64,000 nucleotides of DNA. Source: Eledone cirrhosa (lineage: Eukaryota). Made by a program: the position numbers and the translations under genes. The stretch covers positions 32,922,001 to 32,986,000 of the forward strand of contig OZ024743.1 in assembly GCA_964016885.1 (NCBI GenBank), written 5' to 3'. How positions within the stretch are numbered: position 1 is the stretch's first letter; each line of letters starts with the position of its first letter. This document shows positions 1 through 12,322 of the stretch, piece by piece. The notes beneath the pieces are model-generated. The model saw only the letters and a program-made list of their open reading frames with translations. It was not told the DNA's origin and ran no database searches.

Positions 1-556
1 TTGATATTTGACCAAGTTTCTGTTTCAGTGAATATAGCCTTACATATTCACTGAATATTTTTTGCTGCAAGTAAATTTAGATGTAATGAAATGTTCACCC
101 TTGAATAGCATGTAATGACATCTTCAGTCTCCTCTTTTGTAATTTTAGGCCATTCTATTTAACTGTTTGCTGTATCTCCCGGACTTAACAGAAATAAATC
201 TATTTTATTGTTCTCGTTTACTTTCATAAGATATCTTTCAAAGTGGATAATAAATTTATCAAAGGCAGAATTATCTTTTAGCCTAGGAGGGTTGAATTTT
301 GTTGATGACATTGTTGACTATATAGTAACTTCTGAAGTGTGAAAATCGTTGTAATCTATAATCTCAAGGAGTTGATATCCAACCACATACAGATATTATC
401 TTCTAGAAGTAGGATCAGGTATGCTTTTTTAGTAGTTATTCTCTTGAAAAATAGTTTCATTGTTTATGTGGTCCTATATGGAATATGTCGGGGGAAAATA
501 AGATGGTGAAGAAATAGAGAGAATGTGACGTCCGAACAAGTATCCTCTACTTCCAA

Positions 557-880
557 CTAACTTACCCTATGCTTCTGGGTCCCAGGCAACAGGATGGAGA
601 ATGCATTGCCCTGAAGGATAGTGAGAAAGATACTCTGGAACAGCCACTCCACCTCATGGTGCTTGCACTCACAGGCAGGCATCTCCACTCCAATAGCAGT
701 GAGTAGGGATTTGGTCCAGGGACCAAGAATGCTGGAATTCTCCACAGCTGCAGGCTCTACCACAAACCTATATGCGAGTGGCTGATACTTAGACAGTTTA
801 CCCTCTTCAGCTTGGCAGCCAGCAGAGCCTGGGTTGGCAGCCGAATGCACCAGACTGCCACTCGAGAAGTTGTCATCTAA
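557..880 (-). mobile_element. Decayed C-terminal restriction-like endonuclease (RLE) region of a CRE-like non-LTR retrotransposon
   Basis: ORF reads SAANPGSAGCQAEEGKLSKY...EPAAVENSSILGP...EVEWLFQSIFLTILQGNAFSIL. This matches the AE..K..KY / P.AVE..G..G / QR.S...QRGNA pattern of CRE-type RLE domains. Confidence 0.65.
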
Positions 881-1628
881 TGAAATCATTTCATTCACTT
901 TTTATAAGTCAAGCATGCATTGATATAGAACTCTGATGATCTCACATAATTCTACTGTTAGTCATTATCTTAAAATACAAGACAATTATAGAGTATTTAA
1001 CACTACAACACTACAAATGATAACAATGATAAATGAGAAACATATAGTATTTCACATTCACCATCAATCAAAAAAATACTATTAACTAATATTAGTTGTT
1101 AGACAAAAGAAGTATATCATATCCATTTTTAATGAATATATAGCTAAGCCCTGTTCAGTGTTGGAAGTACAGATGAATTAAGAAGTATTTAATTAGTTTA
1201 CAGTGCTAAGTTTAAGCCAAATAGGGCTGACATGGCAACTGAAAGCCACTTCATTATTCAAATAAAATTGCAAAGCACACTGAAATCTAATGTTTTTCGT
1301 TTACTTTGCCATTTTATCTTGACCCAGATTAAGATTATGATCAATGTGTGAAGGTTGGTGAACTGCAATCCATTTTGTGGACTACCATGTTAATATTTCA
1401 CTCTAACATGAGAGATTTCACAGCAATGATAATACTGAAATATAGATTTGGTGCACTGAGATGGAACAGTTAAATGCTATCTACTTCATTTCAAACAGTT
1501 GCTGTGGGGAAGGATTAACAAATTGAGAAACACAAAATAGGCTAGATTAAAAGCATTGATCAAAACCCCCATTTCTTGGCTGTAATTTACATAGCAACAA
1601 TGTATATATATATATATATATATATATA

Positions 1629-2887
1629 CAGGGTGCGGATGATATTGTTCGCAAGATTACTGTCTAGGAAAAAATAACTCAGCAGTTTTATTTTTTAAGA
1701 TATATTTATCAAACTTGGGTCAGTTTGTCTTCATGACTTGTTCTTTCGACTTCACTCGATAAACCCGCCATTGGCTTTGATGACGGCCTCAAGGTGGTCT
1801 CGGAACCGGCTACAGGCCTTCATCACTGTCCCCCTAAAGGCACTTGTGATCCTGGTCTTCAGATCGTCTTTCGTATTGCAGCTAGTTCTGTTGGTGTCTC
1901 GTTCCACTGCGCCCCATGCAAAGAAGTCGAGGTGAAGTGTGGTCGACGAAGTTCTCTGACAGCCAGGCTTGGGTCTTTCGGCTGGTGTGGCAGGGCGCTG
2001 AGTCTTGCTGCCACACGTACGGCCTACCTGCAGCTACCTGGTCGGTCCAGGGCTTTACTACCTCGCTCAGAACATGGATGTAGCCATCGGTGTTCAGCTT
2101 GAGGCCCTCAGGGAAGAAGTGAGATGACGTGACGTCACCTTGACTGCTGACGACACCTAAGACCAATGTTTTCGCTGGAAACTTTGTCTGCATGACTCTG
2201 GGCACGTCTTTGGATGAGACAGCGAGCCACCTGTTGTTCTGGGAGTTGATCTTCTGGTCTTGGCAGAAGTTTTTCTCGTCGGAAAAAAACCACAGCATGT
2301 CTGGCTCCAGTGGGTGTTTCAACTTGTTGATCAGCTCCTTTGCATGCTTCAGTCGCTTTTCTTGCATTGCCTTTGACAGAAATTGTCCTTTCCTCATATT
2401 GTATGAAACGTAGCGAATGTCTTCATGTACCACCAGCCTAATGAGTTTTTCATCCATGCCTTTCTCCCTTGCAATGGCAGGCATCGACGACTTGCTAGGT
2501 TCATTTTTGATGATATCCTGAACTTCAGCGACGAACTTGGGCGTTCTGAAGGCGTCAGATCGTCGATCATATGTTTTCCTCTCTGATGTTGCTTCGAAGT
2601 CGAATCCTGAATCTTCCAATTCCTTTCTGACCTTTTCCACCATTCTCCTGCTGACGCTGAGAAAGTCTGAAATTTCCTTATTTGTCCTCCCAGTGCGGAT
2701 TCTAAGAAGAACTCCGTGTCTCTTCCATAAATTTGGAGGTACAAAATTATTCATAATCAATTATTCTGAAAATAAATAATGGAAATATAGTCACTGTTTT
2801 TATGAAGACAAGAGTGACAACGGAAGTAAAAAAAATTTGCATAAAATTAGCAGTTGAAAATTGCGAACAAATATTGTCCACACCCTG
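1629..2887 (-). mobile_element. Tc1/mariner DNA transposon, probably DD37D/maT type, about 1.26 kb, defective
   Basis: Imperfect ~27-bp TIRs CAGGGTGCGGATGATATTGTTCGCAA (1629-1654) and TTGCGAACAAATATTGTCCACACCCTG (2861-2887), TA on both sides, and an internal transposase ORF. Confidence 0.93.
1700..2760 (-). pseudogene. Tc1/mariner transposase, frameshifted by an internal deletion
   Basis: N-terminal HTH, WFFSDEKNF and WQQDSAPCH motifs. After HTSP the frame breaks, the WP.SPD.NPL motif is absent, and DFFAWGAVE resumes in another frame near 1930. The 3' boundary is approximate. Confidence 0.85.
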
Positions 2888-2889
2888 TA

Positions 2890-4692
2890 TCATCATCCTC
2901 ATCATCTCATCATCGTTTAATGTCCATCTTCCACGCTTGCATGGGTTTGGATTGTAATTTTCCCACTTGAGGCAAGATCGGTTGTCTTGCTCGTATAGGA
3001 CTGTCTGGCGGGTTTTCTATGGCTGAATGCCCTTCCTAACACCAACCACGTTTACAGTGTGGACTGGGAGGTTTTTACCGTGTTACCTACACGGCCACAT
3101 TACAGCGTGGACTGTGTGTTTTTTTTTGTCGTGACACCTACACAACCTCATTTATTTAGGACTGGATGTTGTGGTACCAACATAACTTAACATCGAAAGG
3201 GGGTGGTGTGGATGGGGTGGGGGTAGTGGGACAGGGGTGTATTTTGGTAAGAGGTGCCTACTGACTGTAGGTTTCGCTTTGCACTTAGGCAGGCGGGTCT
3301 TCTGTATTACTGCGTAGCGCCAAAGATCTCGGTCCAGTGATATTGTCTTGGAGAGGTGTAAGTGTGTGAGGTCGGAATTTATCAAGTCGTCCCAGGTTAT
3401 TCTGGGTTTGCCTACTCCGTGGCTACCGTCTATTTTGATCGCCCTGCACTTTTTTATATAGCTGTCGTCTTTCATGCATATCACGTGACCATACCAACGT
3501 AGTCTTCTCTCGAGTAAACAGATCCCTCTTATTCCTAATTTCTCACTTAGTTCGTTTATGCTTTGCCATTCACGTATATTACTATTACACATCCAACGGA
3601 GCATGTAAGCTTCATTCCTCTCTAGTCTGCGTAGATCCTCTGCACACAATGCCCAAGTCTCACTGCCATGTAACATTGTTGTTCGTATGCAGGCATCATA
3701 CAGCCTGCCTTTCATTTTTAGAGAGAAACCTTTAACGGCCAATAGTGGTATAAGCTCTCTGAACTTTTTCCATCTCGTTCTGACTCTAGCTACTGTACTT
3801 TCAGAGCACCCTCCACCACTGCTGATTTTGTCACCCAGGTAACGGAAGGTGTCCACTAATTTTATAGAACCATCTGTGCAATGGAATGAGCTAGTATTCT
3901 GTGGGCACTTGCTGCTACTTATTACACCTGAGCACCGGCCACATATAAAATCTATATTCTTAGTTAGCTTACCTGTGATCCCACTACATCTTTTATGCAC
4001 CCATACTTTGCATTTGGGACATAAAATGGAGTTTCTGCCTATTCCTTTCCTACACACTGAGCATGGCCATTTCCCAGATGGGACCAGTGCCCTATTTTCC
4101 TTCCTACATACTAGAACTTTAGTCTTAGACAGGTTAATTTTAAGGCCTTTTGACTCTAGGCCATGCTTCCATGTTTGGAATTTCTTCTCTAGTTCAGCCA
4201 TTGATTCAGCTATAAGCGTTAGATCATCAGTGTATAGCAGTTCCCATGGGCAGCCGGTCTTGAACTCCTCTGTTATAGCCTGAAGAACAATAATAAATAG
4301 GAGGGGGCTAAGGACGGAGCCCTGATGAACACCAACTTTTACGCTAAACTCTTCGCTATATTCGTTGTTAATTCTAACCTTGGTGACTGTTTCTTTATAC
4401 ATGGCTTGTATAGCTCTCACAAGCCATTCATCAACACCTAGTTTTCTGAGAGCCCACCAGATAATGGGGCATGGGACTCTGTCAAAGGCTTTCTCCAAGT
4501 CAACAAAAGCTAAGTATAGGGGTTTACTTTTAGCTAGGTACTTCTCCTGTAGTTGTCGTACAATGAAAAGAGCGTCTGTGGTACTTTTACCTGACACAAA
4601 TCCGAACTGCATTTCATCCAGATCAATTCGCTCTCTGATTAGTTGCGCTATTACTTTTTCTGTGACCATCATGACCTGGTCAATTAATTTAA
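2890..4692 (-). mobile_element. 5'-truncated RTE-clade LINE (family 1) with 3' UTR and (GAT)n tail
   Basis: RT ORF followed by a 3' UTR containing GGTGTTAGGAAGGGCATTCAGC and ending TTAAACGATGATG. The 5' end abuts a (TA)n tract. Confidence 0.92.
3152..4672 (-). CDS. RTE reverse transcriptase (partial ORF2) with embedded PHD-type zinc finger; catalytic motif reads YTDD
   Basis: Motifs QFGF, FVDLEKAFD, GVHQGSVLSP, LYTDD, FRYLG and RRLRWYGHV. A C4HC3 finger lies at 3932-4069. Confidence 0.9.
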   Translation of the reverse strand: MMVTEKVIAQLIRERIDLDEMQFGFVSGKSTTDALFIVRQLQEKYLAKSKPLYLAFVDLEKAFDRVPCPIIWWALRKLGVDEWLVRAIQAMYKETVTKVRINNEYSEEFSVKVGVHQGSVLSPLLFIIVLQAITEEFKTGCPWELLYTDDLTLIAESMAELEKKFQTWKHGLESKGLKINLSKTKVLVCRKENRALVPSGKWPCSVCRKGIGRNSILCPKCKVWVHKRCSGITGKLTKNIDFICGRCSGVISSSKCPQNTSSFHCTDGSIKLVDTFRYLGDKISSGGGCSESTVARVRTRWKKFRELIPLLAVKGFSLKMKGRLYDACIRTTMLHGSETWALCAEDLRRLERNEAYMLRWMCNSNIREWQSINELSEKLGIRGICLLERRLRWYGHVICMKDDSYIKKCRAIKIDGSHGVGKPRITWDDLINSDLTHLHLSKTISLDRDLWRYAVIQKTRLPKCKAKPTVSRHLLPKYTPVPLPPPHPHHPLSMLSYVGTTTSSPK

Positions 4693-5924
4693 TGTATATA
4701 TATATATATATATATATACATACATATATATATTGTAAAGCGTATTTGGGATTTACTTATCACAGCACATCAGAACAAGATTTTTAATGAATGTCTTGTA
4801 AGAACTATGCCAGAAAAAAAAGAAACAGATAGAAGTTCTTCAGTTTTATATTGTTATTTTCATAGTAAGTCATGTATTAATGTGTTTCTGATAAAAAATA
4901 CATTAGTTTTATCTAATAAGCAAAGTTGAATAGAAAGAATTATTGTAAAATATTTATTATTCCAGTAATTATTGCAACATGTATTTTGTTTAAAAAATAT
5001 CAACTTTTTATCTGGACCAGTGAATTAAGAAGTAATAGTCATGAAGTGAAACTATTTAAAATTTCTCAAATAAAATAAATAAATTATATATATGATGTAT
5101 CATTATTGTGATAAATGATCTTTGACTAAAAATAAATCACTTTAATGTAATTGGAACAATTGATATAGACGTGGTGCATTCCATTGTTTTCTTGTTTTTT
5201 TTTTGTGGAGATTTTTGTTTTCCATAAATCATTTATATAATTGTATATGAATGTCTAAATCTACTTAATTTAATAGTGAGAAGGCTCATTGTCTCCAAAA
5301 ATACAAAGACAGGTTTATACATATAATATAAGGATGTTCCCAACTGAATTTCTAACCTGATATATAACAATTTACAGCATGAAAAGCACATTCTAATGTT
5401 GTTTCTGTTTTATAGATCTAGTAACTATAATATAAATAACGTGATGAAATTTATGAAATGTTATTTCATTGCTTATTTTCCTTTAATTCTATATTTATTA
5501 TGTTCTCCTATTAACAATAAATTTTTATTTATGATTTTGGATACACACACCCACATATGGTCATAAGTTCTCGAAGTATGGATTTCCTAACCTATGAAGC
5601 TTAAGTTCCTATGGGACAAGCACCATAATTAACCTTACTATTCTCATTCATTTTTCTGACCCAACAATAGGAAATAATTTTTTTTAAAACCCTTGTGCAC
5701 ATTCTCAATTGAAGGGAACTTTTTTTTATCTTGGTAATCAAATAACATTCATTTTTAATATATTGTATCAAAGGTTATTCAATCATATCTATTATTGATA
5801 AAACAGGCATTTTAAAATAATCACCACCATCATTGACATTTTACATCCCCACTGGATGTATTTCCACTGCCACAAAAAATGTACCTATTACACTCTGAAA
5901 AGTGGAATTGCTTCCATCTTGATA

Positions 5925-6300
5925 ATAGTGGTTGGCATTAGGGAGGGCATCCATCTATTGAAATCATGCTAAATATGTAATGTATGGTAAGATGTGGTCC
6001 ACCAGTATAGTCTCACACCGTGATAAACCACCCAACCCATGCCAGCATGGAAAGCAGAGATAAAGTGATAGTGATATTGATGATAATGACAATGATTTAA
6101 TGCTGTCCTGGATTGCATGAGTTGTTACAGTTCACGTCGGTTATTATCTAATGTAACTGCCTTTCTGGATGGGTCAAAATACTATGTCCCACTCAAATAT
6201 TCCATTTATGGCATGGTTTCTATGATTGTATTGTATACCCTTCTTAATCCAACCTCTTGACAGCGTATATTGAGTTCATTTTACTGTGGCACCAACAGTA
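5925..6300. mobile_element. Two decayed RTE-type 3' UTR or SINE tail fragments, tail to tail
   Basis: GGCATTAGGGAGGGCATCC...AACCCATGCCAGCATGGAAA...(GAT)n on the plus strand, and a related reverse copy near 6095-6290. Confidence 0.5.
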
Positions 6301-6765
6301 GGTTGTTTTTCCCTGTGCAAGAATAAATAGTTGTATTTATTCTAGAGTATCTGTTCTTTTAATTCAAACTTGAATGTGTGTTTAGAAAGTGTGATAATTA
6401 AGAGGCTGAAATAAGAAGAGTATGAATGTCAGTTTAAACAGAGATACCAAATGGTAGGAGAGGACGAGCTACATATCAATTGTTGGTAGTTTGTTGAACA
6501 GAAAACGGCATGACAATATGGTGAGATAACAATAAGGATGTGTTATGATAGATGGATAAATGGGTGCTCCTGAGAGTGACAGATGTCAGCTAAGAGTCTC
6601 ATGGTAAAGAGAGAATGATGGTCAGTGATAGAGGCATGATGATGGGTGATAGGTAAAGTGTTAATGATAATAGGTGATGGATCAAATGCTCTCCCTCATT
6701 ATTCACTCAAATGTTGTGATACAGTGAATATGGTAAAAGCTGATAGATGAGCAGCTAATGATTAG

Positions 6766-6820
6766 GGAAGTAGATGATTCACCAGGAAGTAGATGATTCA
6801 CCAGGAAGTAGATGATTCAC
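6766..6820. repeat. 19-bp tandem repeat, about 3 copies (GGAAGTAGATGATTCACCA)
   Basis: Read directly from the sequence. Confidence 0.9.
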
Positions 6821-6859
6821 AGGCAAGGAACTGAGTGTTATAGCATATATCCCAACCAC

Positions 6860-7320
6860 CATTATCATTACCTTTAACAATAATTCTGCCATGTTTACAC
6901 AGATGGATGGGTTTTCTCCAGCATAGCATGCCAACAATCATCACAAATCATTGTCATCTTCTTTGTGAGGCTCAATTTCTTGGGGTCAGCTTTCTCTACT
7001 TCATTATATAGTCTCTACCTTCCTCAGTTTTCATCCACTTGAAATATTTGGCATGTCTTTATAAAGCTGACATCCTCTATACTCATCATATGCCCATACA
7101 TGTGCAGTCTGCTCTCTTGCACACTACATCTAATTTCTTTTATATTTAGATTTTATCTTGGCATGGTTTGCTGCATACAAATTTTACCTTTTCTGTCAGC
7201 CCATCTGTGATGCCATTAAACCTCTTGTATGTCCATTGTGTATGCTATTTCCACCATATGGAGTCTCTACCTACTCTTATTTTGCATATTGAGAGTGGCC
7301 ATTTCCCTGGTGGTAGCAAA
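6860..7320 (-). mobile_element. Heavily decayed RTE family-1-like fragment
   Basis: GGCCATTTCCC (GKWP) plus PHD remnants and RRLH.YGH-like coding, ending in a (GAT)-type tail. Confidence 0.5.
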
Positions 7321-9399
7321 GTGAGGTGATTAGTTAGGAAATTCGTTGTTGATTAAAGGGAAGTATAAATTAGGCTTTAGAACTCATAACAATTAAATTA
7401 ACAAATCACAACTGAATTTGTTATGAAAAGAGTTATGAAAAGAAACTGCTTAATTGGTTTTTAAATCTGAACAACAAAATAACATATTAAAACGTATGTA
7501 ATGCTTTAAACTGCTACATCTTTACAGCACATCTAAATCTCTTTGATGTTATTTTATTGTTTTTTAGTAAACAAATTATCTTATCTAAATCCTGGATTTA
7601 ATGCAAAATTCAGATGCATATTTTATTTATAAGAATAAAATTGAGCTTCTGTGGATTTATTAAAATTTATTCAAAATTTGATTTTGATCCTTCCCATTCA
7701 GTTTATAAAACTTTGTTCATTGATACAAAACTGGTGACTATTTTGTTATATCAGAGATGTAGTTATTAGTTAAGTCACTAGCTAATTGTTAAATTGGTTA
7801 ATTTTTGAAAATGTAATACAACTATGCTGTTAAGCTAGATGTGTACTCTATTTGATTTTGTCCAGCTTGTCAAAAGAATTCCTCTCACAGTTCATATTTA
7901 GTTGATGTAAGATTATCTTTCTTAAAAATTCCTACAAAATAAAACACAGAGTAGTGAGCTGTAGCATTGCCTGACAGATCTTTAACCAAATGACATATGT
8001 TGTAGTCCCTTTAACTTCTAGACAGGATTCCACTTGGACTTGGTCTTTCAGCATATCTCTCTTGCTATTCTTCGAGGTAACACATTCAGTCTGCTAGGGT
8101 AGCATTATCAATTAATGTTTTTGTTTAATTGTTCACTAAGTTAATATTTACAATGATCCAAAACACACATGCATACGAATCCCCTATAATCTTTGTTTCT
8201 TTCTTTCCAAATATACTGCAAAGTCAGAAAGTATTAGTGGGGAAGTTGAATTGTTCATATATGGATAAATTTGAATCTGGGAAATTGTATATTATTTGAA
8301 ATAATTCTATATTCTATATGATATATTTTCTCTTTACCAACAAGCAGAGGGCTTCAAGAGGCATATCTCATGACACTGCAGCCAGCAGGACATTTGATTG
8401 CTTATACAGCATCTACTTGTAACAGTTCTCATTTTTCAGTGATAATAAGTGAAAAGAAACATTTATGCATGTATCAACGACTCCAACAAAACCTAAGCTT
8501 TTCCTCTCCTTTCTCTACTCAAACTATTTTTTTTTCCAAAATAAAATTCAATGGCTAAAGTGTCTAACATATACGAAATCCAAAGTCTAACCCCTCTCCT
8601 AAACTTGTCATTTATGCTATACTATCTAAAGAAGTAATCTCCACAGTTTTAATTTTTTCCTTTATGTTCCTTTTAACTATTCTTAATTTTAATTTTTAAC
8701 TATTTTGAATATTTCTACCTCTGCATCCCGTGTATTTTACCCATTAATGTTTCAAAAGCAGAGAGCTCCAAGAAACCTTACTGAGGGGCAGAGATAACTA
8801 GAATTTATTAGATATATGTTATAAGTTAATGAGTATTTCTTGCAATCATTTAATGAAGATCTACTGTAAATTTTAAAGGTATCATTATCGACAGTCTAGA
8901 CAAAGGTCTATAATATATACACACATTAATACATACACACAGGTAAATATATTAAATATATATGTTAGTGTATATATTTGTACATACAAATCAGTGTGTG
9001 TATATATATATAGGAGATGAATAAATTTGGGTATGAAACCCATTTATTACTTGTATTTCTTTGTGACTTCTATCATCCGAACCCAAATTAATGTCCTGAT
9101 GATACTGAAGTTGAAACACGTGAAGAAATTAATAAAATGATTTGAAGTACCTTCTTTGGTTGTCAATTGTTTTTTAAATATATATATATGTAAAGAAAAG
9201 TAAAACCCCAACCACAACACCTACCAGTTTTGTCCTGTATTCAAAAGTATACTGAAAAGACTTCCCAAATACAAATTGCAGTCAGAGTTTTCTCTTCCTT
9301 TATACCCACTCTACCTCTTCTCATGCATAGATACTACTCTGATTTGTGGTCTCTCAGTTTCGGTACTACAGATATATATATATATTCTCTGTAAAGTTA

Positions 9400-9655
9400 T
9401 GTTGGTACCACAACATCCAGTCCAAACTAAAGAGGTTGTGTATGGTCTCACGACAAAACAACACACAGTCCACGCTGTAATGTGGTTATGTAGGAAACAC
9501 GGTAAAAAGGCTTCCAGTCCACACTGAAAATGTGGTTGGGGTTAGGAAGGGCATCCAGCCATAGAAAACCTGCCATATACAGTCCTATACGAGCGAGACA
9601 CGGTCACCCGATCAATCTTGCCTCACGTGGGACAATTCTCAGCTAACCCATGTTA

Positions 9656-9658
<3 letters not shown>
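9400..9658 (+). mobile_element. RTE family-1 3' UTR fragment between TA tracts
   Basis: Closely similar to the reverse complement of about 2935-3185. Confidence 0.85.
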
Positions 9659-9691
<33 letters not shown>

Positions 9692-9948
9692 CTTATTTGC
9701 ATAGGGAACGTTTCCACGAACCAAAGTATCGTCTTCCTGTCTTCCTCCGGTTGCAACGTTTTTTGAAATATCCACTTCTGCGTTTACAGATTGACTTTGT
9801 TAGTTTCAGAAGATCCCGTTAAGGGTGAAAGCAGCGATTCTTTGCTTAAACTTTAATCTGTTATTTTAATAAATATATATATATATATATATATATATCA
9901 ACTAGAAATAGATGACAACCCTTAATTTAATTTTGGATATATATATAT

Positions 9949-10296
9949 GGAGGCACATGGCTTAGTGGTTAGAGCATTGGCCTTGCAATCGAAAGGTTGT
10001 GAGTTCAATTCTCAGACCGGGTGATGTGTTGTTTCCTTGAGCAAGACACTTTATTTCACATTGCTCCAGTTTACTCAGCTGTAGAAATGAGATGATAGGG
10101 ACTGGGGTTCATATCATTCCACTGCAAAGTGGTCGTGCAGGTGCCACGGCAAAAAAGCACCCAGCACTCACTGTAAATGAGGTTGGTGTTAGGAAGGGCA
10201 TCCAGCTGTAGAAATCAAGCCAGAATCAGTTCCCGTCCCACCCTTGCAAGCAGGGAAAAAGCGGACGTAAAATGAAATGATGATGATGATGATGAT
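9949..10296 (+). mobile_element. tRNA-derived SINE (family A) with RTE-derived tail
   Basis: A box TGGCTTAGTGG, B box GAGTTCAATTC, body TTGAGCAAGACACTTTA, tail shared with the RTE 3' UTR, (GAT)n end, inserted in (TA)n. Confidence 0.9.
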
Positions 10297-10371
10297 ATAT
10301 ATATATATATTTGTAAACGGAAAAAATGAAACGAAATTTCATTTCTCACTCTTAGTACGGCTGTTACTTAA

Positions 10372-10725
10372 ATATAAGTATGTACACGTACATACATATA
10401 TGTATACGGACGTACAGTAGTATGTATATATATATACATACATGCACACATATATATATGCACGTATGGATTCACCGAACATTTATTATAATGCTCGGTG
10501 TGTTCGTAAAAAAAACATCCCGTATTAAGCTGCAGTGTCCAGCAACCATCGTTGGTCGTTTGTTCAACACTGACAAAGGAATGCTGTACTAGTTTCAAGC
10601 TTATTAGCTATCGTCAGCAACGTATACCTTCCTGCCAGATTGTTGAACGTATATACTTACCTTATGCATATTAACAGCTGAGAAGCCCAATTTGCATATA
10701 TGTATGTACGTGTACATACTTATAT
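10372..10725 (-). mobile_element. Small element with 31-bp inverted termini and an internal hammerhead motif
   Basis: ATATAAGTATGTACACGTACATACATATATG (10372-10402) is the exact reverse complement of 10695-10725. Confidence 0.6.
10583..10621 (-). ncRNA. Minimal type I hammerhead ribozyme motif
   Basis: Minus strand GTTG-CTGACGA-tAGCTaataAGCTt-GAAAC-ta-GTA-CAGC. Core intact, stem I 4 bp, palindromic stem III ACTAGT, U-U mismatch at the base of stem II. Confidence 0.7.
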
Positions 10726-10959
10726 ATATATTTGTATATATATATAAATAATTTTTTAAGGTTTCTCCTTAAAAACTTTTTTTTTTTGTTTGTTGTCTTG
10801 TCTTCTCTTTGTTACTTTTCTTAAGATTATATATATATATATATATATCCAGCCTTACATATTTTTATAGTATAAGAATACATATCACTGGTGTCTGTCT
10901 GTATGGAATTGATGCTGCAGTGTAAAACAAAAAGACTTTGATCTTTTAAATACTCATTT

Positions 10960-11520
10960 TCATTACAATGTTTGTTTTGTCATGCTGTGGCATGAGTTGG
11001 GTGGCTCTGCTGTACAATATATCACTCTTCACTGTTTTTTGTCATCCTGTGAAGTTTAGTCTCCTGAGATCTAACCTCACATTCTTCATATTACTTCTTT
11101 GTCGCATGGGTACACACCATACACAACACTGATTTTTTACCCACCATGGTGTCCATTCATGTTACATAATCATACCAGTGCAGTCATCTCTCCTGCAAAC
11201 TTTGAATAATGTTTTTATTACCTAACCTTTCTCCCAGCTCGCTTGACCTCAACTTCTCACATAGTTTAATATTTGATTTATCTCTCCAGCCTCTGCACAA
11301 TTTCTACATTCAATACCTACATGAAACTAGCATTCAGTATCATACATTTAATACCTCTTTCAGAATTCTGCCTTTTAATTTAGAGAGAATCTCTTTGTTA
11401 ATAGCCAAAACAACAATACTAAATTTCTTGCATGCCTCCAAACTCTATGCTTTCACTGCAACTATTCTTGCACTAATGAAAGTATTTAAGTGTCAGAAAC
11501 TACCCACTAGATGTAATGAA
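10960..11520 (-). mobile_element. Decayed RTE family-1-like RT C-terminal fragment
   Basis: Remnants of YLG, W.KF and RRLHWYD.V motifs on the minus strand, ending in an RTE-like tail. Confidence 0.5.
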
Positions 11521-11584
11521 GTAATGAGTAATATGTACTGCTGATCGACTTTCTTTTATTACTCTTCTATAATTAATACTATGA

Positions 11585-11880
11585 AAGCATGTGGCTTAGT
11601 GGTTATGGTATTCAACTCACAATTGTGAGCTCAAAACTTTGATTCTTGGCAGTGTATTGTGTCTTTGTGCAAGACATTTCATTTTATGTTGCTTTAGTTT
11701 ACTCAACTGGAAAAAATGAATTGAGTCTGTGATTTGTCACACACTGTGTCTTGATGAATCTTCCTGAGAATTACATTAAGGTTACATATACCTGTGAAAT
11801 GTTTAGCTATTTACTCATTAATTTCATGAGCAGGCTATTCCATTCGTCAAATATCTGGAACAGTCCTCAGTGGTCCAATG
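11585..11880 (+). mobile_element. Decayed tRNA-derived SINE with family-A-like head
   Basis: TGGCTTAGTGGTTA...TTTGTGCAAGACATTTCATTTTATGTTGCT. Confidence 0.6.
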
Positions 11881-12161
11881 AAAAGTTATTACTGCGTGTC
11901 TATAATATCTTGACCAAGATGCTTCATTGCCTATATCATTAGAATATAGAAAAACCCTCTAATGAGATGTAATCTACTAGATGGTCAAAGTTCCAAAGCC
12001 GTTGGCTGTAAATTTAATTTAATTTTATTTTGATCTGCTTTTTTAATCCTATCTTCTAAACTGGCGAGAGAATCATTAATTTCATCATGTATTTGATTAG
12101 TTTCCTCACACTTTTTCCATCAGTTGACATATATGCATTCCACAGAATGCTCCTTCATACC

Positions 12162-12322
12162 TGTGGTTGGTGTTAGGAAGGTCATCCTACCGTAGAAAAC
12201 CTGCCAGATAGTCCTATACGAGCGAGACACGGTCACCCGACCAATCTTACCTCAAATGGGACAATTCCCGTCTAACCCATACTAGCATGAAAGATAGACA
12301 TTAAACGATGATGATAATGATG
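12162..12322 (+). mobile_element. RTE family-1 3' end fragment
   Basis: GTGGTTGGTGTTAGGAAGG...AACCCATACTAGCATG...TTAAACGATGATG. Confidence 0.8.

Noticed and set aside
3849-4787. Plus-strand ORFs of 144 and 140 aa, and similar ORFs at 1738-2779 and 51327-52690
   Set aside because: They are antisense shadows of the RT and transposase frames.
9090-9137. Plus-strand CTGATGA...GAAACACGTG followed by AATAAA
   Set aside because: Probably a decayed PLE hammerhead, but stem II does not pair and the triplet is GUG, so it is not called as a ribozyme.
9700-9745. Minus-strand CAGGAAGA...GAAACG hammerhead-like motif
   Set aside because: The core deviates from CUGANGA and there is no convincing stem I.
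9949-10025. SINE-A head as a tRNA gene
   Set aside because: A and B boxes are present, but there is no paired acceptor stem and it runs into a SINE body.
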